From the IMG/VR virus record IMGVR_UViG_3300017909_001762, positions 1 through 27,682 of that record: a stretch of 27,682 nucleotides of DNA; one strand, 5' to 3'. Position 1 is the stretch's first letter, and every line of letters starts with the position of its first letter. This DNA comes from a virus (Duplodnaviria; Caudoviricetes). Shown piece after piece: positions 1 through 7,760 of this stretch. Under the pieces are notes generated by a model. That model did not search any database. It was given only the letters and a program-made list of their open reading frames with translations, and was not told the DNA's origin. A program made the position numbers and the translations under genes.

Positions 1-138
1 AACGAAGAAATCCTTGTGCGCCTCTATGACGAGGCGTATGAGGAACTGCGGCCCCAATACATATTCCAAGAGGAGTATGTGCTACACTACGCCGCTGTCG
101 ATCTGGCAAAGAAGAGAATGGAGGAATACAATGACTGA
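1..138 (+). CDS. Hypothetical protein, 3' part (runs off window start)
   Basis: Frame 1 open from base 1 (NEEILVRLYDEAYEELRPQY...MEEYND*) to TGA 136-138; overlaps the next ATG at 131. Confidence 0.6.
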   Translation, partial: NEEILVRLYDEAYEELRPQYIFQEEYVLHYAAVDLAKKRMEEYND

Positions 139-265
139 GTACGACAGACTGTGGGAGTTCCTACACCAGTGTGATTTCGAATGGGAGTGTGTCGCTGATG
201 ACAGTCCCTTTGACAACGTGCGAGTGGTTCGCATTATCTTTGAAGTGGAGGATGACAATGATTGA
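131..265 (+). CDS. Small acidic hypothetical protein (44 aa)
   Basis: GGAGG at 120-124 before ATG 131; MTEYDRLWEFLHQCDFEWEC... Confidence 0.7.
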   Translation: MTEYDRLWEFLHQCDFEWECVADDSPFDNVRVVRIIFEVEDDND

Positions 266-611
266 TACAAACGCCAGCCCTGAGATGCACAACGCATGGG
301 CCATCCAGTACCGTGACAAGGGATCGGATGACGAGTGGACTACCGAATGCACTGGCCCCATGATGTTCCTGACTCAAATCAACGATCATGTCCTTGGCGA
401 TATGAGTGACGACATTGGCATGGACTTGATGTATCTGCGGTTCGCTCACCGTGTAGAGCAAAACCAAATGATATGGCGAAATAAGTTCGAGTTCCGCTTG
501 GTATCTGGCTTCCGTACAGGCCATGATCCAGACAAAGAGTGGACATACACGTTCAAATCGTGTACAATGTACGACAAAGAAGAAGCAGACGAAACCCAAC
601 TGTGCAACTAG
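258..611 (+). CDS. Hypothetical early protein (~117 aa)
   Basis: GGAGG at 247-251 before ATG 258 (in frame with track ORF 171..611); overlaps upstream stop. Confidence 0.7.
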   Translation: MIDTNASPEMHNAWAIQYRDKGSDDEWTTECTGPMMFLTQINDHVLGDMSDDIGMDLMYLRFAHRVEQNQMIWRNKFEFRLVSGFRTGHDPDKEWTYTFKSCTMYDKEEADETQLCN

Positions 612-625
612 AGGAGACAAGCACA

Positions 626-826
626 ATGTTTATGACCAAGATCAACAGCAAGACCTACAAGACCATCCGCAACACCATCGACAACAAGAACATCCTGTTC
701 CGTCGTACAACCCCACAGTACGGGCCTGTGGGGAGCTTCTCCAACAACGTGGGATACCTTGCGGTATGCCGTGGCAAGGATGGACGGTTCGTGAGTCCGG
801 CAAAGGAGATCACATTGCGTGGATAA
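626..826 (+). CDS. Small basic hypothetical protein (66 aa)
   Basis: GAGGAG at 611-616, ATG 626; K/R-rich, ends with RGKDGRFVSP. Confidence 0.7.
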   Translation: MFMTKINSKTYKTIRNTIDNKNILFRRTTPQYGPVGSFSNNVGYLAVCRGKDGRFVSPAKEITLRG

Positions 827-992
827 AAAATACGAGATCATTGGGTATACTATCCTACAGCATACCTATATCGTAGATGCAGAGGACGAGGAGGAGGCCG
901 TGGAAATCGCCATGGCCTCCGACAAGCCCGACGCAACTGAACTAATGGAAGAAACATTCGAACTGATCAGAGAGGTTAGGTACAACTCATGA
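819..992 (+). CDS. Small acidic hypothetical protein (57 aa; not in ORF track)
   Basis: AAGGAG then GTG 819; MDKKYEIIGYTILQHTYIVDAEDEEEAVEIAMASDKPD...YNS*; ATGA overlap with next gene. Confidence 0.7.
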   Translation: MDKKYEIIGYTILQHTYIVDAEDEEEAVEIAMASDKPDATELMEETFELIREVRYNS

Positions 993-1141
993 GACCCTAC
1001 AAACCATTCGAAGTGAGGGTTGTGATGTATGCAAAGTTTGACATCGAAGCAAAGGACAGAGAACACGCATACGAAATCGCAGAAGAGAGTCTGGGGGATG
1101 TAGTTCCTGACGACATTGAAATCGAACTTGAGGAAATCTAA
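989..1141 (+). CDS. Small acidic hypothetical protein (50 aa; not in ORF track)
   Basis: ATGA overlap, upstream GAGG; MRPYKPFEVRVVMYAKFDIEAKDREHAYEIAEESLGDVVPDDIEIELEEI*. Confidence 0.7.
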   Translation: MRPYKPFEVRVVMYAKFDIEAKDREHAYEIAEESLGDVVPDDIEIELEEI

Positions 1142-1151
1142 GGAGTTTGAA

Positions 1152-1406
1152 ATGCTGGACAATCATACTAGTGAATTTGAAACAACGCTAGAAATCGTGA
1201 AGCAAAGACAGCACATTGCGTATCTGCAAGGTAGGATTCGTCAAGTGGAAGAAATGAAAGATATTCTTATCGAACATTACTTCAAAGACAACAAAGAAGC
1301 TACTTACGCTGTATATGAATGTGCCGATTCGCTCTACAGCTTCTATGATGCTTGTCTTGATGACGAAGAAGAAAACCTACAAGAACTTCTGGAAAGAGGA
1401 AAGTAA
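1152..1406 (+). CDS. Hypothetical helical protein (84 aa)
   Basis: AAGGAG at 1140-1145, ATG 1152. Confidence 0.7.
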   Translation: MLDNHTSEFETTLEIVKQRQHIAYLQGRIRQVEEMKDILIEHYFKDNKEATYAVYECADSLYSFYDACLDDEEENLQELLERGK

Positions 1407-1412
1407 ATCCAA

Positions 1413-1523
1413 ATGACTAAACTTCAAAAAGTGTACCGAATCATTCGCCCCTACTGTGCAACCAAAGAAGAGGCACGACACTGTGCCGTCAAGCTAGTGG
1501 AGATCATGCAGAATGTTTCTTGA
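1413..1523 (+). CDS. Very small hypothetical protein (36 aa; not in ORF track)
   Basis: GAGGA upstream, ATG 1413; MTKLQKVYRIIRPYCATKEEARHCAVKLVEIMQNVS*; fills the gap and overlaps the next start. Confidence 0.5.
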   Translation: MTKLQKVYRIIRPYCATKEEARHCAVKLVEIMQNVS

Positions 1524-1935
1524 GGCTGTTGTATGTCTTGCCCTCAACGTGTATCACGAGGCCAAGAACCAGCCCATGATCGGCCAGATAGCGGTAGCAC
1601 AGGTCGTCATGAACCGTGTCGAAGATGACAGGTATCCTGACGATGTGTGCTCCGTGGTCGAGCAAGGGCCAACCTACTCTTGGACGGATGACTTCCCCAT
1701 CAGGAATCGATGCCAGTTTAGCTGGTACTGTGATGGTAAATCTGACAAGCCAAGAGAGAAAGAGGCGTGGTCAAACGCCTTGACTGTAGCACATGGAGTG
1801 TACTATAATAACATCAACGACTTTGTTGATGGTGCTACACACTATCATGCTGTATATGTCCGTCCTGAATGGGCATCAACCAAAACCAAGATCGTGCAGA
1901 TCGGGGATCACATATTCTATAGATGGGAGTATTGA
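1513..1935 (+). CDS. Cell wall hydrolase, SleB/Hydrolase_2 family
   Basis: CLALNVYHEA (catalytic Glu), GQIAVAQVVMNRV, CQFSWYCDG, GATHYHA, IGDHIFY. Confidence 0.9.
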   Translation: MFLEAVVCLALNVYHEAKNQPMIGQIAVAQVVMNRVEDDRYPDDVCSVVEQGPTYSWTDDFPIRNRCQFSWYCDGKSDKPREKEAWSNALTVAHGVYYNNINDFVDGATHYHAVYVRPEWASTKTKIVQIGDHIFYRWEY

Positions 1936-1937
1936 GA

Positions 1938-2126
1938 ATGACTATGATCCAACTTACTGATCCTTATTCGGATCACTCTGAGATTCACCCTGTTGATTGG
2001 GAGTATCTCGAAACTGTGTCAGCAACGCCTCTGGAACAAATCTCTATCGAAGAGATCAATGAGTTCTTGGAAGGGCTTGCAAAGTTTGAATATGAAATGT
2101 CAATCGAAGAGGAAGACTATGCGTAA
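1938..2126 (+). CDS. Small acidic hypothetical protein
   Basis: GGGAG upstream of ATG 1938; closely packed with neighbours. Confidence 0.6.
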   Translation: MTMIQLTDPYSDHSEIHPVDWEYLETVSATPLEQISIEEINEFLEGLAKFEYEMSIEEEDYA

Positions 2127-2304
2127 TCTATGGGAAAAAGATCGTAAGCGTTTGTTCCGTGAACTCTATCACCAGTACATGGACGAGGGGTATGACTCCA
2201 AGGAAGCCAAGCGTATGGCCAAAGACGAGGCCGACGAGATGATGGCAGAGCACGAAGAGTTCGCCTTTGAAGTAGCACGAAAGGAAGAAAGGGATGACTA
2301 TTGA
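2119..2304 (+). CDS. Small charged helical hypothetical protein (61 aa)
   Basis: GAGGA before ATG 2119; MRNLWEKDRKRLFRELYHQYMDEGYDSKEAKRMAK. Confidence 0.7.
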   Translation: MRNLWEKDRKRLFRELYHQYMDEGYDSKEAKRMAKDEADEMMAEHEEFAFEVARKEERDDY

Positions 2305-2524
2305 GCTTGTCGAAGAACTATTCGGAGTCAGCAACTTCGCAAGGCGTGAGGCAGTCGTCAGCCGCCACACAGACAGCAACCTCTACGAGATACTCTTCGC
2401 AGAAGACGGTAAGATTGTGGGGAAAATGCACTACCCTCATGCGGAAGATAAAGCCCTCCGACTGGCCCGTGGGTGGGTAGCCGGTGAACTAGATACAAAG
2501 GATGTACAACATGAAACTCAATGA
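2294..2524 (+). CDS. Hypothetical protein (76 aa)
   Basis: AAGGA SD; overlaps genes on both sides. Confidence 0.65.
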   Translation: MTIELVEELFGVSNFARREAVVSRHTDSNLYEILFAEDGKIVGKMHYPHAEDKALRLARGWVAGELDTKDVQHETQ

Positions 2525-2840
2525 ATACCAACAACTCGCAATGAAGACTGCAATCTTTCCAAAGAATGAGAGCTTCTCTTACACCACGCTTGGTCTCGTA
2601 GGTGAGGCAGGAGAGATTGCAAACAAGGTCAAGAAGTTTATCCGTGATGGATATGATCGTGAAGAACTGCACCAAAAGAAGGAGGAAGTAGCAGACGAAC
2701 TTGGAGATGTCCTGTGGTACGTTGCCGCAGTGGCAGAGGTGATGGATACGAATCTGGAAGCCGTCGCCAAGAACAACCTGTGGAAGCTGGCTGAACGTCA
2801 GCGCAACGGAACACTGAGAGGATCAGGAGACAAAAGGTGA
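2511..2840 (+). CDS. mazG: MazG-like nucleoside triphosphate pyrophosphohydrolase
   Basis: LGLVGEAGEIANKVKK ... ADELGDVLWY ... NLWKLAERQRNGTLRGSGDKR; ExxE/ExxD metal ligands. Confidence 0.88.
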   Translation: MKLNEYQQLAMKTAIFPKNESFSYTTLGLVGEAGEIANKVKKFIRDGYDREELHQKKEEVADELGDVLWYVAAVAEVMDTNLEAVAKNNLWKLAERQRNGTLRGSGDKR

Positions 2841-3082
2841 AAACAAAAATCCTGTACACAACAAGGATCGAAGGGCCAACATTCCTAGAGGAGACCAACA
2901 ACGAAGACGAGTGGATGCAGGATCAACAGCGTTTAGTCGAAGCAATGGGGTTTACATCTGAGTACTGGCATGGTATGCTTTTTGTGTATGATGGTGAAGA
3001 CCTCCAAATTATATACCACCCCGATGTCGGGATGGAAGAAGCCAACGTAGACGTAGGAGACATGTACTATGGAGGATACTAA
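2837..3082 (+). CDS. Hypothetical protein (81 aa)
   Basis: AGGAG SD, GTGA overlap with mazG stop. Confidence 0.65.
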   Translation: MKTKILYTTRIEGPTFLEETNNEDEWMQDQQRLVEAMGFTSEYWHGMLFVYDGEDLQIIYHPDVGMEEANVDVGDMYYGGY

Positions 3083-4709
3083 GGCCAAGGTGGTAAGCAG
3101 GGGGCCGTGCAATTCGTGCGGCTCCTCCGACGCCAACGTGCTGTATGACACTAACACTCAATACTGCTTTTCCTGTAACACCTACACCAAAGGAGACGGA
3201 TCAATGGGTCAGGAACAAACATCACCTGTACGAGGTGTGTACCAAAACAGTCTGACGCAGGGGGAGTTCGCAGCTATCCCTGCACGGAACATCTCACTCG
3301 CAACCTGTAAGCACTACGGTGTGACGGTGCGTGGTGACAAGCACTACTATCCATACTACGACGAGTCCAACTCTCTCGTAGCTAACAAGGTGCGACAGGT
3401 CAGTAACAAAGCATTCTTTGTTGAGGGCCATCTGCCCAAGGGCAAACTGTTTGGACAGAACAAGTTCAACAACAGGGGTAAGTTCGTCACACTCTGTGAG
3501 GGTGAGATCGATGCTCTGTCTGCATACGAGATGCTTGGTTCCAAGTGGCCTGTGCTGTCCATCAAGTCTGGTGCTCAAGGTGCCATCAAAGATGTCAAGG
3601 CAAACTATGAATACCTCAACGGATTCGACAAGATCGTGGTGTGCTTTGACAACGACGAACACGGACGCAAGGCTGCGAATCAGGTGGCACAGGTGTTCGA
3701 ACCAAACAAGTGTCTAATCATGAAGATGGACATGAAGGATGCCAACGACTATCTCAAGGCAGGTAAGCGTGAGGCATTCGTCCGGCAGTGGTGGGACTCC
3801 AAGCCTTACACACCGGCAGGTATTGTCAACCTTGCCGACATTGCTGACAGCCTGTACGACGAGGACGATGTGGAGACTGTACTGTATCCATACAACGGTC
3901 TCAACGACAAGCTGTTTGGTATTCGAACTGGTGAGCTTGTGACCTTCACGGCTGGCACAGGCGCAGGTAAGTCGAGCATGATGCGTGAGCTTATGTATCA
4001 CCTGCTTACCAATACTGAGCACAACATTGGTATCTTCTCTCTTGAAGAGAACAAGAGACAGACTGCATTCCATCTGATGTCTGTTGCTGCCAGTGATCGT
4101 ATCTACATCAAGGAGATCAGGGACAAGTACAGCAAGGAAGAGCTTCGCAAGTTCGAAGACCCTACTATCCGCACTGGACGGTACTTTGCCTTCGATCACT
4201 TTGGTTCGATCACCACTGACGAAATCCTGAATCGGATTCGCTACATGGTCAAGGCTCTGGACTGTAAGTTCATTATCCTTGACCACCTGTCGATCCTTGT
4301 GTCCGGTCTGGAAGGCGAGGACGAGCGTCGTAACATTGACCAGATGATGACCAAGCTACGGTCACTGGTTGAAGAGACACGCTGCGCCATGCTGCTTGTG
4401 TCACACCTGCGTCGTGCATCAGGCGACAAGGGACAGGAACAGGGCAAGGAGATATCTCTGTCCATGCTCCGTGGCTCACACAGCATTGCACAGATCAGTG
4501 ATGCGGTCATTGCTATGGAACGTGACCAACAGGCGACTGATCCTATCAAAGCTAACACAACAACGGTCAGGGTATTGAAGAACCGTTACGCTGGTGAGAC
4601 AGGCGTTGCTGCCTACCTGTTGTACGACAAGGACACTGGTCGTATGCAGGAGATCGACAACCCATTCGAAGCCGGTCAAGAACTGGAAGATGTAGGAGAG
4701 TTTCTATGA
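3069..4709 (+). CDS. DNA primase/helicase (T7 gp4-like)
   Basis: Zn ribbon CNSC...CFSC; TOPRIM CEGEIDALS and FDNDEHG, KDANDYL; SF4 helicase Walker A TAGTGAGKS, ILDHLS, VSHLRR, LRGSHSIAQISD, KNRYAGETG. Confidence 0.96.
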   Translation: MEDTKAKVVSRGPCNSCGSSDANVLYDTNTQYCFSCNTYTKGDGSMGQEQTSPVRGVYQNSLTQGEFAAIPARNISLATCKHYGVTVRGDKHYYPYYDESNSLVANKVRQVSNKAFFVEGHLPKGKLFGQNKFNNRGKFVTLCEGEIDALSAYEMLGSKWPVLSIKSGAQGAIKDVKANYEYLNGFDKIVVCFDNDEHGRKAANQVAQVFEPNKCLIMKMDMKDANDYLKAGKREAFVRQWWDSKPYTPAGIVNLADIADSLYDEDDVETVLYPYNGLNDKLFGIRTGELVTFTAGTGAGKSSMMRELMYHLLTNTEHNIGIFSLEENKRQTAFHLMSVAASDRIYIKEIRDKYSKEELRKFEDPTIRTGRYFAFDHFGSITTDEILNRIRYMVKALDCKFIILDHLSILVSGLEGEDERRNIDQMMTKLRSLVEETRCAMLLVSHLRRASGDKGQEQGKEISLSMLRGSHSIAQISDAVIAMERDQQATDPIKANTTTVRVLKNRYAGETGVAAYLLYDKDTGRMQEIDNPFEAGQELEDVGEFL

Positions 4710-5176
4710 CACTACAACCAATCAAGGGGGCAGTGAATATTCCGTTCTCTCGTCAGCGGTATGACGCCGCTGACACTCCCGCCAAGGACAAGATCATCAG
4801 CTATCTCAAAGCAAATGGTCATACAATTCTGGATGCAACAGAAGACTTTTCGGTTGACATCAAAAGCCAAAAGGAGGATAATACTTACTTCAGCGAGGTC
4901 GAGATCAAGTACGCATGGCGTGGTGATTGGAACCCTCGCTGGGAAGAGATCAGGATTCCATACCGGAAACACAAACTGATCAATCGTGTACACAGCTTGG
5001 AGAACAAACCATTCTTCAACTTCTACATTCTTCGTAAAGACTTGCAGTATGCTTGGCGTATCAAAGACTTTGTAGTAGAAGAGTCAGAAGTAAAAGAAGC
5101 AAAGGGTAGAAACATCCTCAAGGGTGAACACTTCTTCCACATTCCTGTTAACAAAGCGGAGCTAGTCAAACTATGA
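4706..5176 (+). CDS. Putative PD-(D/E)XK nuclease-fold protein
   Basis: FSVDI...SEVEIK resembles the D...E-x-K catalytic core; ATGA overlaps at both ends. Confidence 0.5.
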   Translation: MTLQPIKGAVNIPFSRQRYDAADTPAKDKIISYLKANGHTILDATEDFSVDIKSQKEDNTYFSEVEIKYAWRGDWNPRWEEIRIPYRKHKLINRVHSLENKPFFNFYILRKDLQYAWRIKDFVVEESEVKEAKGRNILKGEHFFHIPVNKAELVKL

Positions 5177-6828
5177 AACGAGTTGCGGTAGATATAGAAA
5201 CAGATGACCTGAATGCCACGGTGATCCACTGTATCGCCGCACAAGACTTGGATAGTAATCAGGTCTACACTTTCCATGGTGACAATCTGATTACAACCTT
5301 TGGTGAGTTTATTCAGGACTACGATGTTATCGTCATGCACAACGGCGTCTCCTTCGATGCTCCTGTCCTGAATAGACTTGCCTTCACGGACATCAAGCTG
5401 AAACAGATCAGGGATACAATGATCATGTCTCAGCTTGATGATCCTTCAAGGGATGGTGGTCACTCTCTTGAATCTTGGGGAGAACGTCTTGGTTTTCCGA
5501 AAACGGATTACCAAGACTTCTCAAGCTTCAACGAGGAGATGTTAAAGTATTGCATTAACGATGTAAAACTTACAGCCAAGCTGTATCGACATCTCGTACC
5601 CATCATGAAAAGGTTTTCAGCCAGCAGCATCCGGCTGGAGCACACCGTCAGGGCCATCGTGGACAAGCAAGAGAATAACGGATTCACTCTTGATGTACCC
5701 GCTGCGTCCTGTCTTGTAGCTCGACTGTCCGACGAATCAGGTGCCATCGAAAAAGAGATGCAAGAAATTTTTCCACCTATCGTGGAGGAGCGTTACTCTG
5801 AAAAGACAGGCAATCGTTTGAAGGACAAGGTCACAGTATTCAATCCCGGCTCCCGCCAACAGATCGCAAGCCGACTGATGGACAAGGGGTGGAAGCCTAA
5901 GAACTTCACCCCGACAGGGCATCCGATTGTGGACGAAGGTACGTTGAACAAAGTAGACATACCGGAGGCACAGAAGATTGCACAGTACCTACTGTTGCAA
6001 AAGCGAGTGTCACAGATCAAATCATGGATCGATGTTGTCGAGGACGACGGCAGGGTACACGGTAAGGTCATGACACTCAAAGCTATCTCTGGAAGGATGG
6101 CGCACTACAGCCCCAACATGGCTCAAATTCCGGCTGTGTATTCTCCCTACGGCAAGGAATGTAGATCAGTTTGGATCACAACAAACGACAACTACAAGCT
6201 GGTTGGGTGTGACGCTTCTTCTCTAGAGCTTCGCTGTCTGGCACATTACATGAATGATCCAGACTTCACGAAGGAGGTGGTGAATGGTGACATTCATACC
6301 GCCAATCAGAAGATGGCAGGACTCGACACAAGAGACCAAGCCAAGACCTTTATCTATGCATTGATCTATGGCGCAGGGCCGGAGAAGATCGGGTCCATTG
6401 TCGGAGGTGGTGCAAAGGAAGGTAAGAAGATCATGGACAGGTTCATGAAGAATATGCCAGCGTTGAAGTTCCTGCGTGAGAACGTAGCAAAGGCATCTGC
6501 TTCTGGATACATCCGTGGTCTGGACGGACGGCTACTCAAAGTCAGACAACAACACGCCGCCGTCAATCTGCTTCTTCAAGGGGCAGGAGCAATCATCTGT
6601 AAAGAATGGTTGCGTCAGATAACTTTAGCTGTGCGACAGGGTGCCTATGACTACCGCCTTGTCGCCAGCATTCACGACGAGTATCAGTTTGAGGTACGTT
6701 CTGATCAGGCCGAAAGGTTTGGTGAGGCTACACAACGTGCAATGAAGTACGTTGAGGAAAACCTGAAGGTTCGCTGCGCACTGGACAGTGAATACAAGAT
6801 TGGAAACAATTGGGCTGAGACTCACTAA
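5173..6828 (+). CDS. polA: DNA polymerase family A with 3'-5' exonuclease
   Basis: ExoI DIETD, ExoII HNGVSFD, ExoIII YCINDV; motif A DASSLELR, motif B RDQAKTFIYALIYG, motif C HDE. Confidence 0.97.
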   Translation: MKRVAVDIETDDLNATVIHCIAAQDLDSNQVYTFHGDNLITTFGEFIQDYDVIVMHNGVSFDAPVLNRLAFTDIKLKQIRDTMIMSQLDDPSRDGGHSLESWGERLGFPKTDYQDFSSFNEEMLKYCINDVKLTAKLYRHLVPIMKRFSASSIRLEHTVRAIVDKQENNGFTLDVPAASCLVARLSDESGAIEKEMQEIFPPIVEERYSEKTGNRLKDKVTVFNPGSRQQIASRLMDKGWKPKNFTPTGHPIVDEGTLNKVDIPEAQKIAQYLLLQKRVSQIKSWIDVVEDDGRVHGKVMTLKAISGRMAHYSPNMAQIPAVYSPYGKECRSVWITTNDNYKLVGCDASSLELRCLAHYMNDPDFTKEVVNGDIHTANQKMAGLDTRDQAKTFIYALIYGAGPEKIGSIVGGGAKEGKKIMDRFMKNMPALKFLRENVAKASASGYIRGLDGRLLKVRQQHAAVNLLLQGAGAIICKEWLRQITLAVRQGAYDYRLVASIHDEYQFEVRSDQAERFGEATQRAMKYVEENLKVRCALDSEYKIGNNWAETH

Positions 6829-6834
6829 AAAGTG

Positions 6835-6863
6835 TTGACACACTAATTCTGGTGTGGCATAAT
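6835..6863 (+). promoter_or_regulatory. Sigma70-type promoter upstream of ssb
   Basis: TTGACA (6835-6840), 17 nt, CATAAT (6858-6863), with extended -10 TG at 6855-6856, in an intergenic gap. Confidence 0.8.
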
Positions 6864-6917
6864 TCCAAAACTAAATCAGCGGCAGGGACCGCACTAACAG
6901 AAAAGGAAATACAAAAC

Positions 6918-7400
6918 ATGGCTGTAGAAGTTCTCTCTGGCAAAGCTTACTGGACCTCCATCGCTCAACCTAATATGACCTTCGAACCTGTCTGGTCTGT
7001 TGATATCGCCCTAACTGGTGATCAACTGGATAAGGCTAAGGCTCTTGGTCTGCCCATCAAGAACAAGGGCGACGAGCGTGGAGACTTTGTAAAGATCAAG
7101 CGTAATGTGACTCGTCGGGATGGGACTAGCAACAACCAGCCCATCATGGTTGATTCGCAGAAGCGTGTGATGACTGATACTCTTGTCGGTAATGGTTCCG
7201 ATGTCAACGTGGCATTCAAGACCTACGACTGGGAGTATGGCGGTAAGAGTGGTGTAGGTGCTGACCTTGCAAAGTTGCAGGTTGTGAACCTGATCCCTTA
7301 CGCCAACGACGATGCGTTTGATGTTGTTCCTGACGGGTATCAGGCAGCGGCTGACACAGCAGCCGATGACAACAACAACGATGACGACATTCCTTTCTAA
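6918..7400 (+). CDS. ssb: Single-stranded DNA-binding protein (T7 gp2.5-like)
   Basis: AAGGA SD, ATG 6918; SGKAYW, VGNGSDVNV, LQVVNL; acidic C-tail ending in Phe (NDDDIPF); follows the polymerase. Confidence 0.85.
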   Translation: MAVEVLSGKAYWTSIAQPNMTFEPVWSVDIALTGDQLDKAKALGLPIKNKGDERGDFVKIKRNVTRRDGTSNNQPIMVDSQKRVMTDTLVGNGSDVNVAFKTYDWEYGGKSGVGADLAKLQVVNLIPYANDDAFDVVPDGYQAAADTAADDNNNDDDIPF

Positions 7401-7421
7401 GTCAACGTAGCGTCGAATGGG

Positions 7422-7485
7422 TGCAGCACTATCTTGGATATGGCTGCGGACTGGCTAGTGTTTGGGTGGGTACGCCAGTATTTAT
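7422..7485 (+). other. Intergenic double stem-loop (candidate structured RNA, processing site or terminator)
   Basis: GCAGC..TATC-TTG-GATA..GCTGC (7423-7447) and ACTGGC..GCCAGT (7450-7479), followed by ATTTAT. Confidence 0.45.
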
Positions 7486-7499
7486 AGAAAGGAGAAATC

Positions 7500-7760
7500 A
7501 TGACAGAAAGTTTTCAATCTCAAGCATATCAAAACTGGGCCAACGATATGGTAAACAGTCCAAGTCATTACAATCAATCTGGTATTGAATGTATTGACGC
7601 CATTGAGGCTGCTACTGGTCTGGGTGAAGGGTTCGAGTACTATCTGCAAGGTAACATCATTAAGTATCTTTGGCGCTATCGTTACAAGAACGGAGTCGAA
7701 GATTTGAAGAAAGCAAGATGGTATCTCAACAAACTAATAGAAATCGAGGATGGCGAATGA
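7500..7760 (+). CDS. DUF3310 protein (related to T7 gp1.7 nucleotide kinase)
   Basis: DMVNSPSHY, IECIDAI, GNIIKYLWRY..KNGVEDLKKARWYL; AAAGGAG SD. Confidence 0.85.
   Translation: MTESFQSQAYQNWANDMVNSPSHYNQSGIECIDAIEAATGLGEGFEYYLQGNIIKYLWRYRYKNGVEDLKKARWYLNKLIEIEDGE

Noticed and set aside
2511-2840. MazG as part of a Z-base (diaminopurine) or other base-substitution pathway
   Set aside because: No PurZ, DatZ or deazaguanine synthesis genes in the window; ordinary phage MazG is the simpler call
3294-4679. Long antisense and alternate-frame ORFs over the primase-helicase (e.g. 3714..4286, 190 aa)
   Set aside because: Shadow ORFs of a well-conserved gene; no SD or recognisable motifs
6852-6917. 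Upstream extensions of ORFs in the track (6852, 7670, 8583, 8941, 14, 171, 539, 1993)
   Set aside because: Downstream ATGs have proper SDs or stop-start overlaps; the extensions run through promoters or neighbouring genes
7360-7390. AAC/GAC trinucleotide runs (also at 15160-15172)
   Set aside because: Simple coding of acidic or Asn tails of SSB and TerS, not a repeat element
7401-7499. tRNA, HDV-like ribozyme or cobalamin riboswitch in the intergenic gap
   Set aside because: No cloverleaf or T-loop, no catalytic C in the expected HDV junction, no B12 box; kept only as a generic structured element
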